Under the pieces are notes generated by a model that was not told the origin of the DNA, did no database searches, and worked only from the letters and a program-made list of their open reading frames with translations. Both the position numbers and the translations under genes were made by a program. A stretch of 64,000 bases of DNA from Octopus bimaculoides (taxonomy: Eukaryota), in contig NC_069000.1 in assembly GCF_001194135.2 (NCBI RefSeq), positions 28,287,823 to 28,351,822 of the forward strand, given 5' to 3'. Position 1 is the first letter of the stretch. Every line of letters starts with the position of its first letter. Below are positions 39,174 through 50,100 of this stretch, piece by piece.

Positions 39174-39246
39174 GAGTCCTTCCAAAATTAAAAGACCAAC
39201 ATTTAGATTTCCCAAGAAAGATATATTTCCAAAATCCAAAGAAAAG
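39174..39246 (+). CDS. RALBP1: RALBP1 coding exon 3
   Basis: tttatttcag|G AGT CCT...GAA AAG|gtaaat; (K)SPSKIKRPTFRFPKKDIFPKSKEK matches the conserved SPSK.K+...F+FP motif. Phase 2 in, phase 0 out. Confidence 0.92.
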
Positions 39247-40079
39247 GTAAATAAAATAAATAATGTAATTTTCTGATTGTAAAGAATTGTTTCTGATATT
39301 TGAATATATGTTGTTTTGTTGCTTATTGGTAATTAAATAAATTACTTGATTAATAAATACCAAGTGATGATAAATTGAGTTTAAAATGAAGCTTAAAGTT
39401 TAGATAAAAATAGGTATCACTGAATTTTTGAAAATATTTAAATGTAATTTCTACTGTACTTCTTGGAGAGCATTCAAAAAGAAACATTTTGATACCTCAT
39501 TTGTGAAATTTGCATGAATATTGTAGGAAATATGTCAGTTTGAATGGTCAGTGAATTGGTCGAAATCTTGCCTAATTGGCCTAAATGAATAATTAGCCTT
39601 ATTTGTGATGTCATATCTTTGAAACTAAGGTGTTAATCATTTTCAAATTACACAAATTAAAAGTGACTATGGTATAACAGTTGCCTATTTTTTTAAAGGT
39701 TCTTGAAAAGGAAACTTTTTTGGCAATTTTTAAGAATATTTATATAAAACCTATTTTGCTATGTGTCACAAACAGTTTCATGCTATTTTCAGACCTAGCT
39801 AAATCCAAAAGTACAAACCGTAGGGACTTGAGTTTTTGGCATATTTGTAGTAGGTAAAGAAAGAAATAAATCCTGAGATATGATGCCATTTCAATAAAAT
39901 TTCACTGGACTATTTAAAATAGCTATAAATGGCTGATTTTCAGATCAGGACACCCACATAAGCTGGATTTTCTTCTTTTCGGAAAAGAATTTTTGTAATT
40001 TTTGTTTACATCACTGCTTTGGAAATGACTTGGGAGTTGGTGGTGCTTTTTTATTTCACTCTCTGAGTGAAAGGAAAAT

Positions 40080-40340
40080 TGTATGATGCATATGTATGGT
40101 ATTGAGATGTGGGCCCTGAATGCAGAGGATATGTGAAGACTAGAGAGGAATGAAGTTGGTATGCTCTGCTGGATGTGCAATGTCAGTGTACATGTGTAAC
40201 AGAGCACTAGTGTGTTGAGAGAAAAGTTAGGCATAAGAGGAATCATATTCAGGCGTGCAAGAGAGAAGACTGCATTGGTTTGGTCATCTGATGTGATTGG
40301 ATGAAGACTGTTGCATAAAGAAGTGCCGGTCACTTAAAGT
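40080..40340 (+). mobile_element. RTE RT C-terminal fragment (a second short piece at ~40690-40830)
   Basis: ggatgtgcaatgtcagtgtacatgtg...gagagaaaagttaggcataagagg, homologous to 3730-3900. Confidence 0.7.
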
Positions 40341-40884
40341 GGAGGTGTTCTCCCCATCTAAACGTGTGTTTCACTATATGGTTGTAAGCAATAACTTTGC
40401 TAATGGTGTCATTTGCTTACAGTCCACTGTGAAAGCATAGCTGACCTTCGTGGCATTCTTTATGTGTTGTATGATCTTTATAACTAAAAGGCTCATTTCG
40501 GTATTGTTTTTATTTCCAGTTTTCCAAATAAGTAAATACCTGGACTGTTATTCAATAGACTGAGAAATGAATAGGGGTAGGGGTGCAACAGACAATGCAT
40601 TTGGCTGTAGAAATCTCTGCTCTAACTCACATTTTTTTTTTTTTGAGACTATTTGTTGTTGTTTTTTTTCATTGTTTGAAAAGCAATGTTCTGCTGGACA
40701 GGTAATGTTAGTGTACATGTACAACAGAGTGTAAATGATTTAAGAGAAGAATTGGGTATAAGAAGCTTAGGTGTAGTGTGCAAGAAAGAAGACTGTTCTG
40801 GTAAAGTCATGTGATGCATATGAATGAGGACAGCTGCATAATATATAATATAATATATGTGTGTGTGTGTATATATAAAAATAA

Positions 40885-42039
40885 AAAAAAAATGTGTTAT
40901 GAGCACATATAGAATATAATCCTATATGAACTCAACTAACAGTTAAAAAATGGAGAATCCATAGATCGTTTCGAATGATAATACCAACATGTAAGAAACA
41001 TGGAAAAATTAAATTAATTATAATAATTAAATTAATTCAGTAACGTATTACCATTCTCCTTTGTGGAAAAGATGAAGAAAACATCAAAAAAGGTATTAAA
41101 GAATATTACAATGAAAACTACAGAGAGCCTGTGTCGGATAAACTCGATCGGATATTCATAAAAAGATTGTGAAAGAGGAAAAAGAAATATAGGAACATGC
41201 TTATGTAGTATTGAGTCTGTCTGTGTAAGAACTAGAACTGTTTTGGCCAATTTAATATAAGTAGGAAAGATCGGAGACAAAAAAATATAACATTGCACAC
41301 ACGTATCTAACACACACAAATGCTCCCACATAAAAGTGTATACACCTACACGTATATACATTTGAATACATGTTAATAATAAGCATCTTGAGGGATATGA
41401 TAGCTATATTTAAATTTTAGTGTGTACTGACAGTTATGGGTGGTGTGCAATGAAAAATGGTGAAAAAATTGAAAAATAAATAGTTTACTAAAAGATGAGT
41501 GTCTAAGGATAAGAGGTTTAGGTATATGGATGTGATTTAAAATAAGTTACTAGAAAATCGAAGGGTAGGAAAACATAATTGGGGTAAATATAAAAACGAC
41601 AGGATGTAACATTATGGTAAGATAGTATTATATTCGTTTGTAAGAAGAAAAGAAGGTATAGTTGTTAATGTTAAGAATTGGAAGAGAAAATAAAAAAGAA
41701 AAGTACATACTACCGTCAGAAAGAATTGTTAAGTAATTCATAATAATGGATTGAAAAAAACAAAATTATTTATGGTTCACAGAGTAATAGTGTAGGGGAG
41801 ATAATGCTAAATGTATATTCAGGAAAAAATTATTCTCCGGGAATACACTCGTATACACCTACACATACAAACATACATAGACAAAAAACATATGCATACA
41901 CTCAAACCTACATATATACACCTACACATACACAAAACGGATGCAAGTATATTTGGAAAAACTCATACATATACACACATAGGTACATAAACATGTGTTT
42001 ATAAAAATCGATATACGCACACACACACACACACACACG

Positions 42040-42098
<59 letters not shown>

Positions 42099-42162
42099 NN
42101 NNNNNNNNATATATATACACGTATTTACGTATGTTTATCTATGTATATGTGTGTATATAATG

Positions 42163-42211
<49 letters not shown>

Positions 42212-42843
42212 ATATATGTGCGTATATAGATGTTTATAAACATATGTTTATGTACCTATGTGTGTATATGTATATGTTTTTCCATATATTTACTTGCATC
42301 TGTTTTGTGTGTGTAGATTTGAGTGTATGTGTATGTTTTTTGTCTGTGTATATGTGTGTGTAGGTGTATACGTGTGTATTCCCCGAGAATAATTTTTTCC
42401 TGGAATATACATTTAGCATTATCTCCCCTACACTACGACTCTGACTCATAAATAAATTTAAAAAAAACAGAATCCCTGTTATTACGAATTATTTATCAAC
42501 AATTTTTTCTAACGGTGGTAAGTACTTTTCTTTTATATTTTCTCTCTCAATTCTTAATATAATACTATCTTACCATAATGTTACATCGTCACTATAATAT
42601 TTAACCCAATTATTTTTCCTACCCTTCGATTTTCTCGTAACTTCTTTTAAATCACACCTATATACCTAAACCCCTTATCCTAGACTCACTTCTTTTATTT
42701 GTTTCAGTAATTTGACTGTGGCCATACTGGAGCACCGCCTTAAGCTATTTCTTTAATTTTTTTCACCATTTTTCATAGCACACCAGCCATAGCTGTCAAT
42801 ACACACTAAAATTTAAATATAGCTATCATATCCCACTAGACGC

Positions 42844-42908
<65 letters not shown>

Positions 42909-44218
42909 TTTATTATTTTATGTTTGACTTTTGCTTTGCATTTGTACAAGTTGGATCCAAGTCTCACCCAGAGACCTCAAGAGACAACAAGTTAGAAGTT
43001 CATGTAGGTGTTATGCCTAGGGCACCATATATTTGGATTTGTACATAGTATTGTTCTAGAGAATGTTTAAGAAACCATAAGAAAATTATGTGTTTGTTTT
43101 AAAATTTGAGATCACATAGATAGTATTTTACGTAGGANNNNNNNNNNNNNNNNNNNNNNNNNNNNNNNNNNNNNNNNNNNNNNNNNNNNNNNNNNNNNNN
43201 NNNNNNNNNNNNNNNNNNNNNNNNNNNNNNNNNNNNNNNNNNNNNNNNNNNNNNNNNNNNNNNNNNNNNNNNNNNNNNNNNCTGGCCTATTTGCATCTAT
43301 CTTTCTGTCAGTTTGAATGGTGAAGTTCCAGAGGAGTGCGATGTGATCATTTTCAAGTACTGGGGGTGGTTTATGTTCCCACCAGTTTTTATCATGGGGC
43401 AAGTTCAGGTTTTTGCAAATTACCCAGTGAATATATTGTGCAGCTCTATCATGCCTGTTGAGATACTCTGTAGGCGCAAGCAGACTGCACATGGAGACAA
43501 CATGATCGATGGTCTCATTTTGTTGTTGGCATATACGACATAATGGGGAGCTGCCGTTCTTTAATATGTTGGCCTGGTAGTTCTTTGTAGGTAGGCATTG
43601 ATCTTGGGCTGCTATGATAAACCCCTCTGTTTCTGATTTCAGAAATTATTATTATTATTATTTATTTGTATTCGAATGTATATACGTGTAGATGTATGCA
43701 CTTTTATGTGCGAGCATGTGCATTTATGTGTGTTAGGTGTGTATGCGCAATGTTACATTTTTTTTTGTCTCCGATCTTTCCTACTTATATTAAAAAACAT
43801 CTGTTGGCCAAAACAGTTCTAGTTCTTACACAGATAGACTCAACACTCCCTAAGCATGTTCCTGTATCTCTTTTTCTTCTTTCAAAATCTTTTTATGAAT
43901 ATCCGATCGACTTTATCTGACACAGGCTCTCTGAAGTTTTCATTGTAATATTCTTTTGTTAATAACTTTTTTAATGTTTTCTTCATCTTTTCCACAGAGG
44001 AGAATGGTAATACGTAATTAAATTAATATAATATTATTTTTAATTATTATTATAATTAATTTAATTTTTCTATGTTTCCTACATGTTGGTATATCATTCG
44101 AAATGATCGTATGGATTAAACTTTCTAAAGACTTTTAACGTCTTCTCTTCTCCGTTTTTTAAGTGTTAGTTAAGTTTATATAGGATTACATACTATATAT
44201 GTTCATAACACACTTTTT
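40885..44218. repeat. Large foldback (~1.15-kb arms) with degenerate hammerheads near both outer ends; the right arm carries two later insertions
   Basis: 40885-~42050 is the reverse complement of ~42120-44218 minus the inserts (the paired ORF calls 41032-41361 minus / 43666-43920 plus and 41804-42004 plus / 42234-42449 minus are the same text). Centre is a TA/CA microsatellite with a 12-N gap. Confidence 0.92.
42844..43661 (-). mobile_element. 5'-truncated R4/Dong-like element inserted in a TAA repeat
   Basis: LKSETEGFIIAAQDQCLPTKNY..CRICQQQNETIDHVVSMC (CCHC)..RHDRAAQYIHW..LLWNFTIQTDRKIDANRP(D) (REL endonuclease). (TAA)n on both sides. Confidence 0.88.
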
Positions 44219-44450
44219 ACTTCTAATATTTTCATATTTTAAATACTTGAATTAGCAAGCTATTAATTTGACATGAATCTTTATTAGAAATGTAACTTTT
44301 TGTGCCCCCCACCACTAATGTTCTACTTGAACTAAACCTTTCTCACACACACATATATTTATATATGTACATATATGTTTATATATATACATATATGTTT
44401 ATATAAAATTTAATAAATGGAGTAATACGCATATGTTAAATAAATTCTTT

Positions 44451-44542
44451 TATTTCCGACATGTGTTTCGAAGATTACAAATGGTTACTTCCATAGGAGT
44501 GAGTGATGTTGATAAAGATGTAATCTTCTCTTCAGGGAAATA
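44451..44542 (-). ncRNA. Type I hammerhead ribozyme, apparently intact
   Basis: Minus strand: tatttcc CTGAAGA gaagattaca [loop] tgtaatcttc GAAA c acat g t c ggaaata. Stem I 7 bp, stem II 10 bp with G10.1-C11.1, short stem III, GUC site; predicted cut between + positions 44458 and 44457. Confidence 0.9.
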
Positions 44543-44917
44543 CATAAGAGCCAACTTAACCGTAAGACATTTTAACCGAATGTGATAACTGTGGGTAGAG
44601 AAGATTGCTACCTATCTTATTTGAAAAAACCGTTGGAAGTTGCAACGCTACGAAACAGTACATTGGACAAGGAGGGAAGGAAAAGAAGAAATTTAGAATT
44701 TAGAATGGGAAGTCAATAAAATGATTTAAAACCTGATAAAAATGGGAGAAGAGTGTTTTATGTATTATAGGACCGTAAAGGGGAATTAATCTTGTATTTA
44801 TACATGTAGTGTTGATATAAATGCATATAAATATATATATATATATATATATATTTGGCAGGAATGGCAACGAAAGAAAGAAAGAGACCTCAATATTATG
44901 CAAATAGAGGAATGTAT

Positions 44918-45156
44918 CTGTAAAGATACGTGACACTTATTCAGTAGCCATGATAAAACTCCGAGTTTCCGATCAACTTCTATACTATTAGACCATTTTT
45001 TCAAAAGAATCTCCGGTAGCTGGATAACTGGGGTTATTTTTCAAAAGAATCTCCGGTAGCCGGATAACTGAAGAGATGTTTGGAGTGGACCCCCACCCTG
45101 GCATCGGAAACTCGGAGTTTTATCATGGCTACTGAATAAGTGTCACATATCTTTAC

Positions 45157-45158
<2 letters not shown>
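44918..45158. repeat. Small foldback (56-bp arms) with a full HHR-like motif in the right half
   Basis: 44918-44973 vs 45103-45158 differ at one position. HHR-like at 45057-45130 (+): gtagcc g gataa CTGAAGA gatg..catc g GAAA c t cgg a g t t ttatc at ggctac. Confidence 0.85.
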
Positions 45159-45192
<34 letters not shown>

Positions 45193-47188
45193 GTTCATAT
45201 ACATACATATGTTCACATACATATGTTCACATATATATATATATATACACACACATATATACACATACATATACACACACATACATACACATACATATAT
45301 TTGTATGCACATACATATGATAGACATGTGGTAATGAAGATTAAGGCCTATAAGTACATATATATACATATATGCACATATATATACACACACATACATA
45401 CACATACATACATATACATACATTTGTATGCATATACACATGATAGTCGTGTGGTAATGAATATTAAGGCAGTGCTATATGTATAGGAAAATGATGCTTG
45501 TATGAACTAGTAAGATATTAAGTGTATGACAATTTATAAAGGTGATGGATGATCTATTAATCTGAAGAGAGAGATTGTGTTGTTAAGTGAAATGGAAATC
45601 AGATGGGGCAAAAAAAAGGAGGTTAATGGAGTAAAAATTACTTGTTTAAACTAAGTTAATATTATTACCGAAGTTTACTTCAATAATCACGCTCTATATT
45701 TGTTGATGTAAGGGTTTTTCAATAGATAAAATAAAATTTTGTGTGGTGCAGTATTTTATATGTAATAAAGCAGGGAGAAGAAAATATTTATATGTTTTGA
45801 ATTCATCTTACGATAAATGTAAACAAACGAATCTTAGATATGTCTAAGAAAGTTAAAGAAGACAATTAAAATTCTCAGACGCAGAATAATGCCACTAACA
45901 TAGCCTAAACAGGATAAATAACTCCTATCTTTGCTGAAGAAAGTGAAAGCAACAAGTGAAGGAGATGGAGTTACGAAGTAGCAATGAAATCAAATGTATA
46001 AGGTTATTGGAGCACAACGTATTGAACATAGTTGGAAGTAATGTTTATGTTAAGTTAAACTGAAAGTAATGTTTAAGTTCATGTTTACAGGTGTGCTGGG
46101 TGTCCTAATTTGGGTTCAAAAGATAGAAAGTGTTCAGATAACATATATCAAGCGATACAAGCCAATTATACCTTTAAACATATAAAGGTATGATTAACTT
46201 GCATTGCTTGAATTATGTGAGTAACTACTAGATAAATAGGTAAGTCGCCTCTGTTATATAAATTTGTAGGGGTTATTCATATGAAGAAAACACATGAGTT
46301 TGCCAATGTTTACATCTGTATGCTCTTTCGATGAACGTATTCATCAGTTTATTCTTCGAGAATAAAATGAAGAACAGTTCCATATTACATAATGGGCAAA
46401 ATTTCTTACCTTTATCGTATGGTATAGATGTGGAGAGAATTAGCCAGTCTAAGTTAAATTGTATATTGTTATCTTTAAGTCCCCAAATTAATTTGCTGAG
46501 ACTTGTGGTGTTGCATTTATTTCTATCCCTAAAAGAGGAATAATGGTTTGATATTCTTCTGGAAATTGGTGAAGAGGAAGATCCAATGTAAAAAGATACA
46601 TCAGTAGGAGTGGTGACTTTGCATTGATATATAGTGTTCTTGAGTTTCGCATTATCACTTAAAAAACTAATTCTGTTGCTATTAACTTCTGAAATAATGA
46701 TGTTGTTGTGGTACTTATTATTATTATATTTCTTCTTATAATTATTGTTACTTAGGTTATTATCTGTATTGTTATAATGGTGATGGTTTGTATTGTCGGA
46801 ATTAATGTCATTGCTATCGGTACCCGTATGCGAATTTAATAGTCTCATATTGTGTGCAGATATTATTTGCGAGATACTTTTAGTGTTTGAAAATCCAAAT
46901 CTAACCTTGTGTGTGTTTATAACTGGGAAGTAGTGAGAATGTCTTGGAAAATTCTTATTAACAGCATTTTGGAATTGGGAAACCAGATTTGATTTAATCT
47001 GTTTTCCAAATAGAATTATTAACCAGATATTTTTAACAGATTCAGGTTTTATCAGATTCATGTTTATATATATACATGTATGTTTATATATATATATATA
47101 TATATATCAAAGAAAGTTAGGGATTGTGAATCCAACCCACTAAGGGATAATATCTATCCAATGCACTGCTGGAAGAATACCCAATTAT

Positions 47189-50100
47189 NNNNNNNNNNNN
47201 NNNNNNNNNNNNNNNNNNNNNNNNNNNNNNNNNNNNNNNNNNNNNNNNNNNNNNNNNNNNNNNNNNNNNNNNNNNNNNNNNNNNNNNNNNNNNNNNNNNN
47301 NNNNNNNNNNNNNNNNNNNNNNNNNNNNNNNNNNNNNNNNNNNNNNNNNNNNNNNNNNNNNNNNNNNNNNNNNNNNNNNNNNNNNNNNNNNNNNNNNNNN
47401 NNNNNNNNNNNNNNNNNNNNNNNNNNNNNNNNNNNNNNNNNNNNNNNNNNNNNNNNNNNNNNNNNNNNNNNNNNNNNNNNNNNNNNNNNNNNNNNNNNNN
47501 NNNNNNNNNNNNNNNNNNNNNNNNNNNNNNNNNNNNNNNNNNNNNNNNNNNNNNNNNNNNNNNNNNNNNNNNNNNNNNNNNNNNNNNNNNNNNNNNNNNN
47601 NNNNNNNNNNNNNNNNNNNNNNNNNNNNNNNNNNNNNNNNNNNNNNNNNNNNNNNNNNNNNNNNNNNNNNNNNNNNNNNNNNNNNNNNNNNNNNNNNNNN
47701 NNNNNNNNNNNNNNNNNNNNNNNNNNNNNNNNNNNNNNNNNNNNNNNNNNNNNNNNNNNNNNNNNNNNNNNNNNNNNNNNNNNNNNNNNNNNNNNNNNNN
47801 NNNNNNNNNNNNNNNNNNNNNNNNNNNNNNNNNNNNNNNNNNNNNNNNNNNNNNNNNNNNNNNNNNNNNNNNNNNNNNNNNNNNNNNNNNNNNNNNNNNN
47901 NNNNNNNNNNNNNNNNNNNNNNNNNNNNNNNNNNNNNNNNNNNNNNNNNNNNNNNNNNNNNNNNNNNNNNNNNNNNNNNNNNNNNNNNNNNNNNNNNNNN
48001 NNNNNNNNNNNNNNNNNNNNNNNNNNNNNNNNNNNNNNNNNNNNNNNNNNNNNNNNNNNNNNNNNNNNNNNNNNNNNNNNNNNNNNNNNNNNNNNNNNNN
48101 NNNNNNNGCATACCTCTCCCGCCTTCTCTCCAGGGAGTAGAGTCTTAGCTGTTTCAGCCTTTCCCAGTAGCTGACCAGTTGCAAAGAGACAATCTTCTTT
48201 GTGAATATTCTCTGGATTGCTTCAAGGTCTGCTATTAATTTCACACTGGTGGGTGACCATAGCTGTGAGCAGTAATCCAGGCTGCTGAGGATGAATGTCC
48301 TCCAGAGGACCATCATGGTTTCCTTATCTCTGGTTCTGAATGTTCTCAGGATCCATCCAGCCAGTCGTCTGCACTTTGTCGCCATCCTGGTAATGTGCAC
48401 TTGGAAAGAGGTATTATCACTCATGTTGATACCCAGGTCTCTCATTGATTTAGGCTCTGGGATTAAAATTCCCTGCGGACCAGTGTACTCTGTAAGTTTC
48501 ATATTCAGTTTTGGACGTTGGTAGCACATGACTTGGAATTTTTCAGCATTAAACTGCATATTATTATCCTCAGCCCATCTGTATATTGAGTCCAACTCAA
48601 TTTACTGCAGATGTGCAACATCAGTGGGGTTCTGTATTTTCTGCAAGACTTTCGTATCGTCTGCGTAGCATGCAAGGGTGGCTATCCGGGTACTTGAGGG
48701 CCTATCTGAGAGGGCCACTATAAAAAGCAGTGGTCCCAATACAGTGCTCTGTGGAACACCACTCACTATTTGTGTTTTCATGGAGGTGGCTCCATTAGCC
48801 ACTACTGCCTGACTTCTATCTTTCAGAAAGTCATGTAACCACTCTCCAAGTTATCCAGCTATGCCAAGACCACACAGTTTGTGGCATATCATTCCATGAT
48901 CCACTTTGTCAAAAGCTTTTGCAAAATCAAGGTATATTACGTCCACATTTGAGTTGTTGAGTAACTGTCTCAACACCCAGTCATATTGTTGTAATAGCTG
49001 GGCCAGGCAGCTCCTACATGGTCGAAAGCCATGCTGGGTATCACTCAGCAAGTTATTTTCTTCAAGGAATGTGATTAGTTTTCCTCTGACTATCCTTTCC
49101 ATGACTTTGCTGATGTGTGAAGTCAGAGAGATAGGCCTATAGTTTTTGGCATCTGCTCTGCTTCCCCCTTTATGGATTGGGCATATTATCCCCTCCTTCA
49201 GCTTGCTTGGCAGTCTGCCAATTGCAAGAAAGCTCTGGAAGAGGATCTTGAGGGGTTTTGCCAGGGTACACTTACACGATTTGAGGAGGATTGCTGGGAA
49301 ACCATCAGGACCAGCAGTTGAGTTTGTGTCCATTTCATCTATAGCTAGTAGTACATCTTCACTAATGTCGATGTATTCCATCGTAACTGCCTCTCTGGTT
49401 ATAGGGGCGGTAGCAAAGAAGTCCACTGGTTTGTTCACTTTTCTGTGTTCCAATGGGGTGGTGAAGACACTTTCGAACTGGTCATTCAGTACCTCACTGA
49501 TCCTAGTCGGACTGTCTGTGAGGGAGCCATCCTTTTTGAAGAGGAGTTAAATCTTGCAGTGTACTGAGGCTGTTTCTTTCGCGTAATGAAAGAAGGCCTT
49601 TGGGTTTGACTTAATGTTTTTTATAACCCAGGCTTCTTTGTCTGCTCTCTGCCTCACATAGGATTGTTGCAGCCTTTTTTCAATCTCCATCAGGGTCGTT
49701 TTTAGGCTGGACCTTTCGCTACTTTTGGGATGCTGGTTGAGTCGATTTGCAACTTTCATCCGTCATCTCATGAGGATCTTTCTCTCCCTTGGAATCTTGT
49801 TCCTATTTGTTTTGGCCTTGTGCTCTGGGACATATTTCTGGCATATGGCTTGCACAATAGACATGAAACATTCTAGTTTCATGTCAATGTCTGGTGTGGA
49901 GAGACATTTTGGCCAATCCTCTCTGAGGATCTCTTTCTGGATCAGTTTCCAGTCTGCTTTGTGGAAGTTCAGATTGGAGAGATTTCGGGCGCTTCCTTTA
50001 GGCTGTATGTCTCTGGTTACTTTCAGCCCAAACATAGACAGCTCTATTATGTTGTGATCCAAGGCTAATGCCGGTGTCACTTTCACATCATGAATGATGT

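Larger units (their letters stand above)
44400..47061 (-). mobile_element. Penelope-like element 3' part (RT C-terminus, GIY-YIG endonuclease, 3' region with HHR)
   Basis: ORF 46273-47061: INTHKVRFGFSNTKSISQIISAHN..NTIYQCKVTT...FYIGSSS..RRISNHYSSFRD..TSLSKLIWGLKD..CPLCNMEL. HHR at 44451-44542. Confidence 0.85.
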
